DNA of 64,000 bases from Alphaproteobacteria bacterium (GCA_017642585.1 JAGCOR010000019.1:9197-73196), one strand, 5' to 3'. Shown: positions 38,416 to 47,028, numbered from the stretch's first letter. Numbers and translations are program-made. The notes: generated by a model from the sequence alone, not told the origin.

Positions 38416-38711
38416 CTGGTGATATACACTAGTAACATCGTGGGTGAAAACCGCCGGAAACGGGGTGAAAAAGAACATCCCATGGAATTACCACGGGATG
38501 TTCAATATTACTGGCGGACTAGAATTCTGTTGCTAACTTTCCCATACCTAAATACGCAAATACAGGGAATTTACAGGGAATTTTACCATTTTTATCCTTG
38601 GTTTTTTGATGCTTTGACGACCGCAAACATAGGTATTCTGCGGTTTTTGCCGCTACCAGTCCGCAAAAAGCACAAAACTTAACAGGGAATTTTATTAGTC
38701 ATAACAGGGAA
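38416..38711. repeat. junction module C: island-end-like 96 nt + TGGCGGA (38512-38518) + four ACAGGGAA copies
   Basis: It is homologous to module B on the left (80 of 103) and to modules D and E on the right. ACAGGGAA occurs at 38562, 38573, 38682 and 38704. Confidence 0.8.
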
Positions 38712-38718
38712 ATATATA

Positions 38719-39720
38719 TCACAAATCAGGATTCAATTTGTATTTACGTCCCTTAGTACGACCTGTCGCAATAAGCACCTTGTTTGCAACCAATGCCGCC
38801 AACAATTTCTTAGTCATTTCTGGCGATTTGTTGGTCAACAACTGAGCGCGATAGTTATCTATTTCACCATTGGTTTGTATAAATCCGATAATATTTATTA
38901 AGAAATCCCGTTGTGTTTTGGTCAATAATTCGGTAATTTTTTCGGGAATTATTTCGGTAATGTTTGACAATTCATTTATGGCTCGCAATATCGCAGACAA
39001 TATAAATTCTATGAATTCTGTTGAATCTGCAGTCTTTTCGGCACGGCCCAAAACAGCATAATATTCGGCCTGATTTTCATAAACTATGGTTTCAACCGGG
39101 ATCCATGCAAAAACCGGTTGCCATGTGGATAATATCAACGTTTGCCACAAACGTCCCATACGACCATTGCCATCTGCAAATGGGTGGATAAATTCAATCT
39201 CAAAATGCATAACTGCGGATTTAATCAACGGGTGTTCTTTAGTCGTTTTTGCCCATTTGAATAAATCGGTCATCAAAGATAACAAATATTCTGGCTTTGC
39301 ACCGATGTGAACCACTTTTTTACCAGAAAACACACCAACATTACCACTGCGGAATTTACCAGCTTCTTCAACCAATTCGGCAGTCATCATTTTGTGTGCA
39401 TGCAGGAAGTCAGAAACTTTATAAGGGTTTAGTGCCAAAGCTTGTTCATATGCATCATAGGCATTACGAACTTCCTTGATTTCACGCGGATTACCAACAA
39501 TACGACGGCCGTTAATTACATCGGTAATTTGTTCCAACGATAAAGAATTTCCTTCAATAGCAGTGGATGATTGAATGGAACGCAGGCGATTTACTTTGCG
39601 TAAATGCAGATTGCGTTCATATTCTTTTTTACCCTGAATTTGCCCGATTTTTTCAGATATTTCCGCAACTAGATTAGTAATATTCGTCGTGATAGTAAAC
39701 TTTGGTGCATTTGTTGCCAT
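38719..39720 (-). CDS. Fic family protein (class II, intramolecular inhibitory motif) with a C-terminal winged-helix-like region
   Basis: HPFADGNGRMGR is the canonical Fic motif. An upstream STAIEGN fits the (S/T)xxxE(G/N) inhibitory helix. Start set at MATNAPK (39720). Confidence 0.88.
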   Translation of the reverse strand: MATNAPKFTITTNITNLVAEISEKIGQIQGKKEYERNLHLRKVNRLRSIQSSTAIEGNSLSLEQITDVINGRRIVGNPREIKEVRNAYDAYEQALALNPYKVSDFLHAHKMMTAELVEEAGKFRSGNVGVFSGKKVVHIGAKPEYLLSLMTDLFKWAKTTKEHPLIKSAVMHFEIEFIHPFADGNGRMGRLWQTLILSTWQPVFAWIPVETIVYENQAEYYAVLGRAEKTADSTEFIEFILSAILRAINELSNITEIIPEKITELLTKTQRDFLINIIGFIQTNGEIDNYRAQLLTNKSPEMTKKLLAALVANKVLIATGRTKGRKYKLNPDL

Positions 39721-39731
39721 ATCAAACCTTT

Positions 39732-39766
39732 TATTCGGTAATATTATACAAAATAAATACCGAATA
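39732..39766. promoter_or_regulatory. 9-bp inverted repeat immediately upstream of fic
   Basis: TATTCGGTA (39732-39740) and TACCGAATA (39758-39766) are separated by 17 nt. The repeat begins 12 nt from the fic start codon. Confidence 0.35.
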
Positions 39767-39878
39767 TGCAAGTTGAAAAGATTGATGTGCAGATGTTGTT
39801 TTTTTGTGCCAATCTCTTGAATTTTGATGTTTTTACACTAGATAATTAGTATGACAAAATTCATACAAGGATGATCGC

Positions 39879-40574
39879 GTGGCAATCGATATTGTAAAAT
39901 CATATTCAGAAAATATTAAGGGCTGCAAAGTTTGTTTTGTACATGCCAAGTTGTCAAACATCAATGAAATAGCAATAAAAGTTCACGATGATATTATGGA
40001 TACATCATGGTTGTCGAAATTGAAACCCTTGCCAAAAATAGCATATGAACAACGTGCTAAGGATACAATAAAAAGTATTGTTGAAAATATCTTAAATAAA
40101 GTTACAAATAGTGTTACTGAAGACCTTGGAGAACTTATAGTATCTACACAAGGACAGTCTTTATTAGAACAAAAACATGACCACAGAAAATTGCCACTTG
40201 CTGAATTATGGAAAGAAAAAGATCGTGGTAATCCTGGGTTCGATTTTCATACAGAAAGCCCAACCAATTATATCACTTTTGGAGAAGCAAAATATAATAG
40301 TAATCAAACGGCATATGGTAAGGCATTAACACAAATAAACAACTTTATTGATAAAGGGAAGGATAAAAAAGAAATGTCTGATCTGGAACATTTCACTACA
40401 GAAAAAGCACAAGCAAATTTTCTTTTGCCAACAGGAAAAGCTTTTGCTGCGGCTTTCTCTGTTCATTCAGACGCCCCAGATACCATATTCAAGAATATAA
40501 AAAAATGTGATAAATTTAAAGAATTATTAAAGTACCCCGAATTATATTTAATAGGAATCCAAATTGTTAATTAA
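39879..40574 (+). CDS. hamA: HamA-like (DUF1837-type) protein with a D...ExK motif
   Basis: GTG start with AAGGA 8 nt upstream. GFDFHTE...FGEAKYNS fits D...ExK. It is translationally coupled to the downstream helicase (11-nt overlap). Confidence 0.5.
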   Translation: MAIDIVKSYSENIKGCKVCFVHAKLSNINEIAIKVHDDIMDTSWLSKLKPLPKIAYEQRAKDTIKSIVENILNKVTNSVTEDLGELIVSTQGQSLLEQKHDHRKLPLAELWKEKDRGNPGFDFHTESPTNYITFGEAKYNSNQTAYGKALTQINNFIDKGKDKKEMSDLEHFTTEKAQANFLLPTGKAFAAAFSVHSDAPDTIFKNIKKCDKFKELLKYPELYLIGIQIVN

Positions 40575-42912
40575 AGATATATTAAAAAATATTGCTACCG
40601 AAGAAGATGTACGGCAACTGGTTTCGGATGCCATATTTGACATACATAAAAATGGAGCTATTGATCCACACCTATTGGAAGAATTAACATACGTAAAAAA
40701 ATTCTATCCAGTATTATTTGCAGAATACGAAAATGAATTGTTGTATACGTTAGGCTTGTTTTATAAAACAAAAGAGCCAAAATCTTTTTTTGAAACATGT
40801 TACAAGATTTACTCCGATTCAATATATGAAGAAAAAAAAGAAATGTTCACCCCCATACAAGCAGATATAGACAGTCACATTAAAGAGCATAAATATTTTT
40901 CTTTTTCTGCCCCAACTAGTATCGGCAAATCATATTTATTCAGATATTTAATACAAACATCCATTAATGATATTGTTGTTATTGTTCCGTCTCGAGCACT
41001 GATAGCAGAATATCTGATTGAAATTACAAAATTGGTGGATAAAAGTGTATTAGTATTGCAGTTTGTGGATAATATAAATAAAACAAATACGAAAAGACGT
41101 GTATTCGTGGTTACCCCCGAACGAGCCAGAGAAATATTTAAATACAAAGGCACGTTCAAAATAGATTTGTTTTTGTTTGATGAGGCACAGATAACCGAAG
41201 AATATACACGCGGGATGTTGTTTGATACATTGGTACGCCGCATAAACAACAATTTCCCTGAAGCAAAAAAAGTTTTTGCCCACCCTTTTATAGAAAACCC
41301 AGATGCGCAATTTATAAAAAATAATATTGTGGATGATACGGATCAGTCTGTATATAAGCAGCAAGCCGTTGGAAAAATATATTTAGCCACAAAAGATGAG
41401 AAGTTTATATATTTTTCCCCGTTTGAAAAGAGATGTAAGGTAGAAAGCGACGAAGATATTGTATTAGAAAATTTAAAGAAATTTAATAAAACATTATTAA
41501 TATACACTTCAAAAACCAGCATATATAATGACAGTTTCAGAACAAAATTTAAAAAATATATTGAAGTTTGTCCGCGTATTACAAATCCCGATGCTTTGAA
41601 TATTATACACCAGATTGAAGATTATGTTGGAGCAACAAAAGATACACCGTCTCTTATGGTGAACATGATGAAACGCGGAATTGTCATACATCATGGTTCC
41701 ATCCCGTTGTATGGTAGGATGTTAATAGAAAACTTTATAAAGGGCGGCTACGCAAGAATTTGTTTTGCAACGTCTACACTTATTCAAGGAATAAATATGC
41801 CTTTTGATATGGTTTGGATAGATAATTTTTCTTTTTCTGGTACAGATTCGGATAAAAATGTGGCATTAAAAAATTTGATTGGTAGGGCTGGTAGAACATC
41901 TGACACAAAAGAATTTGATTACGGATACGTCATAATTCCGAAATGTAATATTCGTACCTTTGTGTCCAGAATCACTCAAACGGCCTCCTTAGGAACTACA
42001 TCTTTGTTAGATGAAAACATTCAAAATATACCTGAAGATGATAGAGATATGGTTGAAGCAATTAAAAATGACACATTTAACGATGAGTATTTGTTGCCAG
42101 AAACACAATTGGAACGTATAGAACGAGCAGACATTACTGAATATATACATTGTATTTTAGACACGCTTTTTGTTGGCGAACAACCATTAACATACAGACA
42201 ATATAATGAATTAACAACCGGACAGAAAAGAAAATTAAAATTAGCATTTGAAAAAGTTTATACGGCACATCTCCGACGAGACATTTTATCTGTTGGCGAA
42301 AAAAGTGTTTTAAGCACCAGTATCTCCTTGTTGTTATGGATGATACAGGGACGCACTTTTAATGCAATTTTAGCCAACAGATACGCTTACATCACAAACA
42401 AAGACAAACAACGTGATATAGAAAAGAAATATCACGAAGGGTTAATAACAAAAGAACAAATGAATGAGGAATTAGCTAACATAGAGTTACAGTTTTCTCA
42501 AGTGGCTAGCCTAATTCCAAACACCAAATTAAAAAGTGCGATTCCCTTGTTTACTGGTGATAACCGAACAAAAGCGCGTCTTAAAGATTTTAAATATGAC
42601 ATGCTTATTTTTGATACATATGATTACATAGATAAGGTAATATATTTTTGTATTTCAACTCCATTATCGGCTGTATTTTTGGCATATTACAAAAAAACGC
42701 AGGATAAAAGAGCTTGGTCTATGGTAAATTATATAAAATATGGTACAAATGACCTGTGCGAAATTTGGTTGGCACGATATGGATTTAGTTTTGAAAACAT
42801 AGATTGGATTAAACAACATGTTGCGCATATAGACGAGAATAAAATTGTATTTAAAAAATCAATCAATGAATTAGATGAAGACAAACGTAAAATCATTGAA
42901 CGATTTATCTGA
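40564..42912 (+). CDS. hamB: superfamily 2 DExx-box helicase, HamB-like
   Basis: APTSIGKSY (motif I), LFLFDEAQ (motif II), ATSTLIQGINMP and GRAGR (motif VI). TTG start with AGGA 7 nt upstream. Confidence 0.6.
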   Translation: MLIKDILKNIATEEDVRQLVSDAIFDIHKNGAIDPHLLEELTYVKKFYPVLFAEYENELLYTLGLFYKTKEPKSFFETCYKIYSDSIYEEKKEMFTPIQADIDSHIKEHKYFSFSAPTSIGKSYLFRYLIQTSINDIVVIVPSRALIAEYLIEITKLVDKSVLVLQFVDNINKTNTKRRVFVVTPERAREIFKYKGTFKIDLFLFDEAQITEEYTRGMLFDTLVRRINNNFPEAKKVFAHPFIENPDAQFIKNNIVDDTDQSVYKQQAVGKIYLATKDEKFIYFSPFEKRCKVESDEDIVLENLKKFNKTLLIYTSKTSIYNDSFRTKFKKYIEVCPRITNPDALNIIHQIEDYVGATKDTPSLMVNMMKRGIVIHHGSIPLYGRMLIENFIKGGYARICFATSTLIQGINMPFDMVWIDNFSFSGTDSDKNVALKNLIGRAGRTSDTKEFDYGYVIIPKCNIRTFVSRITQTASLGTTSLLDENIQNIPEDDRDMVEAIKNDTFNDEYLLPETQLERIERADITEYIHCILDTLFVGEQPLTYRQYNELTTGQKRKLKLAFEKVYTAHLRRDILSVGEKSVLSTSISLLLWMIQGRTFNAILANRYAYITNKDKQRDIEKKYHEGLITKEQMNEELANIELQFSQVASLIPNTKLKSAIPLFTGDNRTKARLKDFKYDMLIFDTYDYIDKVIYFCISTPLSAVFLAYYKKTQDKRAWSMVNYIKYGTNDLCEIWLARYGFSFENIDWIKQHVAHIDENKIVFKKSINELDEDKRKIIERFI

Positions 42913-42993
42913 TAACATTTCAGCAAATGCCATAAAAATCAAAAATACAGGGACTTTTGTATATACAGCTCTAAAAATTCCAAAAGCTTTTTT

Positions 42994-43015
42994 CAGGGGT
43001 ATTTCCCCTGTTTTT
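42994..43015 (+). terminator. rho-independent terminator after the helicase gene
   Basis: CAGGGG-tattt-CCCCTG followed by TTTTT. Confidence 0.6.
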
Positions 43016-43094
43016 CAATTTTTTTCATTTTTAGACAACGATTTTCCATTTTTCTGGTTTATATAACCCTGTCAAAAGGCAAAAACTTTGTTTT

Positions 43095-43433
43095 TTGATC
43101 GTTATTGTCCGAAAGGATGGTGGCGAAGTATCAATACATACAAAAGCAGAAAACGCACAGATACTTACCAAGGCGTTAGCATTCGGATGGAAATACAAAA
43201 AACAATACGAAGCCGGTGTTCCGGTTGATCAAATAAAGCGCGAAGAACATCGTGCCGATAGAACGGTGTACAAATACATGAACTTAGCATACTTGTCACC
43301 CAAAATAATATCCGACATACTGGAAGGCGAAGTGCCTACGCACGTGAACCTGCAAACCCTGTTCGGCATCGCACAAAAATATGCAGATTTTGATAAACAA
43401 GAAAAACTATTTTATAGAAATAATGTCGCATAA
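43095..43433 (+). pseudogene. C-terminal remnant of a large serine recombinase
   Basis: ALAFGWKYKKQYE...VYKYMNLAYLSPKIISDILEGEV...LFGIAQ aligns with the last ~75 aa of the recombinase at 34233-35822 (AFATAWKYRELYE...FYRYLDIAYMDPDKINQILSGKL...LFQIAQ). No catalytic domain lies upstream. Confidence 0.65.
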
Positions 43434-43481
43434 AACACTGTAACGTATTGAATTCTAGCAATTTATACTTATATATTGGGT

Positions 43482-44573
43482 ATGATAGAAAAAATTAACA
43501 CATATTGGCCAATTTATAAAAACCTTGAAAAAGAGGTTGTCGCTTTATCTTATAATATTATGTTTTCTGATGATCTGTTGAATACATATTCAGTGAAAAT
43601 AGCCGATTTGATATTCAGATGTTCCGCTGAATTAGAATCGCTATATAAAGATTTGTACAGGAACGAAACCAATAATGAACCGCAAGATGTCGGAACAGCT
43701 GTCAGATATCTTGATGAACATTGGCGTATTAGCCAAAAAGCTATATTTATAAGTTGTCCAAATTTCTATTTTTCAAAATTTAAACCGTTTAAACCTTTTG
43801 ATTATGTAAATGGAGATACGAACGATTTTTATAGTGCATATAATGCAATAAAGCATGATAGAGTTAAAAATATTGCCAAAGCCAATCTAAATATTTTGAT
43901 ACGAATAATGGGGGCTTTATTCGTACTGAACGTATATTATAAAAATCAGAAATTTAATATAAACCGTCCTCATGACATAACGAGTTTTGACCGTTCGTTT
44001 GGTTCCGAAATCTTTACAATAAAAATGTTTGATGGGGTAAACGCGGCATTTGCACTTAGGGGAACTAAAGATGATTTTATATCATCGGACGAATTACTCG
44101 AATATATATATTTAGGGGCCTATCAACAAAATACTTATAAAGGTATTATAACAAAATGCATTGAACTCTCAGAAGAAGAAAACCAGTTTATTATAAATTC
44201 CAAAGAATACAAAGAGTTTGTAGAAAACGGTATAGGTTTTCCTGCTGATTGTAATGACCCATTAAGCAGGTGCCAGTATATCGGTGGTAGTTTTTTTTAT
44301 AACAAGTTACAAAAAACAGGTGACATCAAAACAAACCTGCTCAATTCACCGGAATATAAATCATATTGTGTAAATAATAAAAATTACCCAGCAAACAGCA
44401 TAACTACCGAAAATTTGAAAAAAATTGTGTATGCAGTGGGTGGTTTTTATTACTTACGAGAAGTTTTTCAATTTAAAAATAAGGAAGTTCAAATTAAGTC
44501 GGGTTCTGGCATGGAACTTGTTTTGAACAAAGGCCAAGATTTATATCCTGATAGTTGGCGCAAAGTAGAATAA
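43482..44573 (+). CDS. hypothetical protein, 363 aa
   Basis: Intact ORF with the ATG at 43482 (a TTG at 43476 is also possible). No confident domain, and the only notable string is YNAIKHDR. Confidence 0.6.
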   Translation: MIEKINTYWPIYKNLEKEVVALSYNIMFSDDLLNTYSVKIADLIFRCSAELESLYKDLYRNETNNEPQDVGTAVRYLDEHWRISQKAIFISCPNFYFSKFKPFKPFDYVNGDTNDFYSAYNAIKHDRVKNIAKANLNILIRIMGALFVLNVYYKNQKFNINRPHDITSFDRSFGSEIFTIKMFDGVNAAFALRGTKDDFISSDELLEYIYLGAYQQNTYKGIITKCIELSEEENQFIINSKEYKEFVENGIGFPADCNDPLSRCQYIGGSFFYNKLQKTGDIKTNLLNSPEYKSYCVNNKNYPANSITTENLKKIVYAVGGFYYLREVFQFKNKEVQIKSGSGMELVLNKGQDLYPDSWRKVE

Positions 44574-44698
44574 TTTGTCTCGTTGGCGTTATTCCCACAT
44601 TATTGACTACGGAAAAACTGGCATTGTATAGAAAGCCGTATTTTGTCGTCTAAAAATGGGGATTTTTGGGGCTATACCAGAGTCAATGCATGAAAAAT

Positions 44699-44720
44699 CC
44701 CGCAGAACCGCGGGCTTTTT
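44699..44720 (+). terminator. hairpin plus T-run just before the tRNA-Ser 3' end
   Basis: CCCGC-agaacc-GCGGG followed by CTTTTT. Its position is analogous to the hairpins in junction modules B through E. Confidence 0.5.
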
Positions 44721-44748
44721 ATCTGTACCGGCATATATGCCAGAATAC

Positions 44749-44838
44749 TGGCGGATGGGGAGGGATTCGAACCCCCGGAAGCCTTGCGACTTCAGCGGTT
44801 TTCAAGACCGTCGCATTCGACCGCTCTGCCACCCATCC
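44749..44838 (-). tRNA. tRNA-Ser (anticodon UGA), 90 nt, CCA encoded
   Basis: The reverse complement folds by eye. Acceptor GGATGGG/CCCATCC, anticodon loop CTTGAAA (TGA), long variable arm, T-loop GGTTCGAATCC, and a 3' GCCA end. Confidence 0.9.
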
Positions 44839-44911
44839 TGAACTGTTCTTTTGTTTTATTGGGATGTCCGCTAAAACAATGTTGGAATTTTATATGTTCA
44901 TCTGTAAAATG

Positions 44912-45733
44912 TCAATTTTTATTTTTATGATTCATCGCATACATAAAAACCCCAACACCCACCGCAAACATTAACCCCGACAATAATTGTCCCATCGTTA
45001 ACCCCCACGATGTCAGGAAACCCAACTGGGCATCTGGTTGGCGGAATTGTTCACAGAATATTCTGAATCCTGCATATAACATACACAAAATTCCGCCCAA
45101 TGCCCCTGGGAATTTTTTCAGGTTTGTTTTGTTATATAACATCAACATTATTATAAATAAAACCGCCCCTTCCAATGTTGCTTCGTACAAAGGGCTTGGG
45201 TGACGGGCATAATTTGGCCCACCAACAAAAATTACACCCAACGGGGAATCTGTGGCACGCCCCATTACTTCCATATTTATAAAATTGGCTATACGCCCCA
45301 ACCCCAAACCTATTGGTGTTACAACCGCCATTAAATCTAACATTTTCAATGAATTTTTTGCCACAGGTTTTATTTTTTGCATCATTATAAATATGACAGT
45401 TGCAACAATTACACCCAACAAACCGCCATGAAAACTCATTCCGCCATGCCACAGGGCCAATATTTCCAATGGGTGTTTTATAAAATATGGAAAATCATAA
45501 AACAGCACATACCCCAACCGTCCACCAACGATTACACCAATTACTATGGTGGTTAAAAAATCGTCCAATTGCTTTTTATTTAACTTTATTTGGGCATCAG
45601 ATCTGTTTACCAAATGCTTTAATAAATAAAACCCAAATACAAATCCGGCGATATATGCCAGAGCATACCAACGCACAGGAATACCAAACACAGAAAAAGC
45701 AACTGGGGAAATTGGATTTATAACGATAGCCAT
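44912..45733 (-). CDS. lgt: prolipoprotein diacylglyceryl transferase
   Basis: Polytopic membrane protein. WHGGMSFHGGLLG and GRIANFINME are typical Lgt motifs. Confidence 0.88.
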   Translation of the reverse strand: MAIVINPISPVAFSVFGIPVRWYALAYIAGFVFGFYLLKHLVNRSDAQIKLNKKQLDDFLTTIVIGVIVGGRLGYVLFYDFPYFIKHPLEILALWHGGMSFHGGLLGVIVATVIFIMMQKIKPVAKNSLKMLDLMAVVTPIGLGLGRIANFINMEVMGRATDSPLGVIFVGGPNYARHPSPLYEATLEGAVLFIIMLMLYNKTNLKKFPGALGGILCMLYAGFRIFCEQFRQPDAQLGFLTSWGLTMGQLLSGLMFAVGVGVFMYAMNHKNKN

Positions 45734-45785
45734 TTATGAATTCCTTTGATTAATCCAATCATACTATCAAAGGAAAAAATTTTTC

Positions 45786-45819
45786 AACAAAAAATAAAAG
45801 TCGCATTTTTCAATGCGAC
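45786..45819 (-). terminator. rho-independent terminator after the 83-aa gene
   Basis: GTCGCAT-ttttca-ATGCGAC, followed on the minus strand by a T-rich tract. Confidence 0.55.
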
Positions 45820-45899
45820 CTTCATTTTTATCTGCCACAAGATATTCTGATAGATTCTTTAGTACTTTGAATACTGCCACGTATATCTTTGATTTTGCC

Positions 45900-46151
45900 C
45901 TACAAAAACTTAATTCTGTTCACGGTATAATCATCGGTATGCCCATTATTAACATCGGCTTTCAATTCACTCAATTCTTTTTGTATTTTTTTAATTCTGC
46001 CCTGCATGTCGGCGATAAATTCTTTTTTATCTTCCCTGCATCCAGGTCTGCTGAGTATATATGCTGGTGCCTTTGTTTTATTATTGCCTTTTGTATTATA
46101 AGCAAATAAATTATAAACAGGCATTTTTTCATTAAATACATTTTCTGACAT
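45900..46151 (-). CDS. hypothetical protein, 83 aa
   Basis: Strong AAGGAG RBS 7 nt upstream of the ATG. The overlapping ORFs in other frames lack an RBS. Confidence 0.55.
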   Translation of the reverse strand: MSENVFNEKMPVYNLFAYNTKGNNKTKAPAYILSRPGCREDKKEFIADMQGRIKKIQKELSELKADVNNGHTDDYTVNRIKFL

Positions 46152-46300
46152 TCAAATCTCCTTTTAGATTTTGTTATTGACCGTAATAATATAATTGACA
46201 AACAGATTTTTGTCAAGACATATTTTATAAAAATATAACCTCCGTTTACTCTTGAATTATTTTTACCATTGCATTATATTCTTATCAAAAGGAGAAAACA

Positions 46301-47002
46301 ATGGTTGCAAAAAAATCTATTTCTAAAACCGTTACAGGCGGAATTGAATTATATTTAAAGAAAATTTTTGGTTTGATGACTGGCGCAGTGGCATTGACCG
46401 CATTTACAACATTTCTTATGTTGCAATTTGGTGGTTGGCATGCGTTAATCACTGCTAACGGTTTGTCCGCGACATATTATATTATTACATTTGGCGCATT
46501 GGGATTGTCCCTGTGGGCCCAGGCACGTGCGTTTTCTATGGCACCTTCGACGGCAAAAATCTTGCTGTTCCTGTATTCCATAATGATGGGAATTGCAATG
46601 ACCCCATTGATTTTGGTATCAACCCCTATTTCCATATTATTGGCAATCGTGTTGGCGGCGGTAATGTTCGGTTGCATGGCACTGTTTGGTTATAAAACAT
46701 TGAAAGATTTATCGTTCTTGGGTGCGTTTTTATTCCTGGGAATGATAGGTTTAATCTTGGTTGGTGTGGTATCTATGTTTATCCCATTGGGGGCAACATT
46801 TAACACCATAGTATGCCTGATTGGTGTGTTAATCTTTGCTTTGTTTGCAGCATATGACATGCAAACATTAAAGAAAGCATATTACGCATTGGGCGATTCA
46901 AACCAGAAGAATCAGTTGGCTGTGTTGGGTGCTTTGCATATGTATATCTCGTTCATAGCTTTGTTTGAATACATATTAAGTTTGCTGAACAGCCGTAATT
47001 AA
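46301..47002 (+). CDS. BAX inhibitor-1/YccA family membrane protein
   Basis: About seven hydrophobic segments. The size and the C-terminal pattern (FAAYDMQ...LGALHMYISFIALF) are as recalled for the BI-1 family. Confidence 0.75.
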   Translation: MVAKKSISKTVTGGIELYLKKIFGLMTGAVALTAFTTFLMLQFGGWHALITANGLSATYYIITFGALGLSLWAQARAFSMAPSTAKILLFLYSIMMGIAMTPLILVSTPISILLAIVLAAVMFGCMALFGYKTLKDLSFLGAFLFLGMIGLILVGVVSMFIPLGATFNTIVCLIGVLIFALFAAYDMQTLKKAYYALGDSNQKNQLAVLGALHMYISFIALFEYILSLLNSRN

Positions 47003-47028
47003 TTTAAAACAAAAAAAGGAAATATAAA

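Larger units (their letters stand above)
24652..38511. mobile_element. island segment 2: Dcm-linked five-gene module, DUF2924, HEPN-like ORF, large serine recombinase, Lamassu-like pair
   Basis: It is bounded by junction modules E and C, carries an intact recombinase, and its cargo is entirely defence and mobility genes. Confidence 0.55.
38512..44748. mobile_element. island segment 3: Fic, Hachiman-like pair, recombinase remnant, orphan gene; abuts the intact tRNA-Ser
   Basis: It is bounded by junction module C and the tRNA-Ser 3' end. It contains only a recombinase fragment, so it is probably immobilised. Confidence 0.55.

Noticed and set aside
38419-38682. The 87-aa ORF across junction module C.
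   Set aside because: It overlaps the repeated non-coding junction sequence and the ACAGGGAA iterons, and it has no RBS.
42875-43066. The 63-aa ORF spanning the end of the helicase gene and the terminator.
   Set aside because: It overlaps the helicase 3' end and a clear hairpin terminator, and its composition is that of low-complexity intergenic DNA.
44656-44974. ORFs 44656-44841 and 44666-44974.
   Set aside because: They are read through the tRNA-Ser gene and its flanks and are therefore artefacts.
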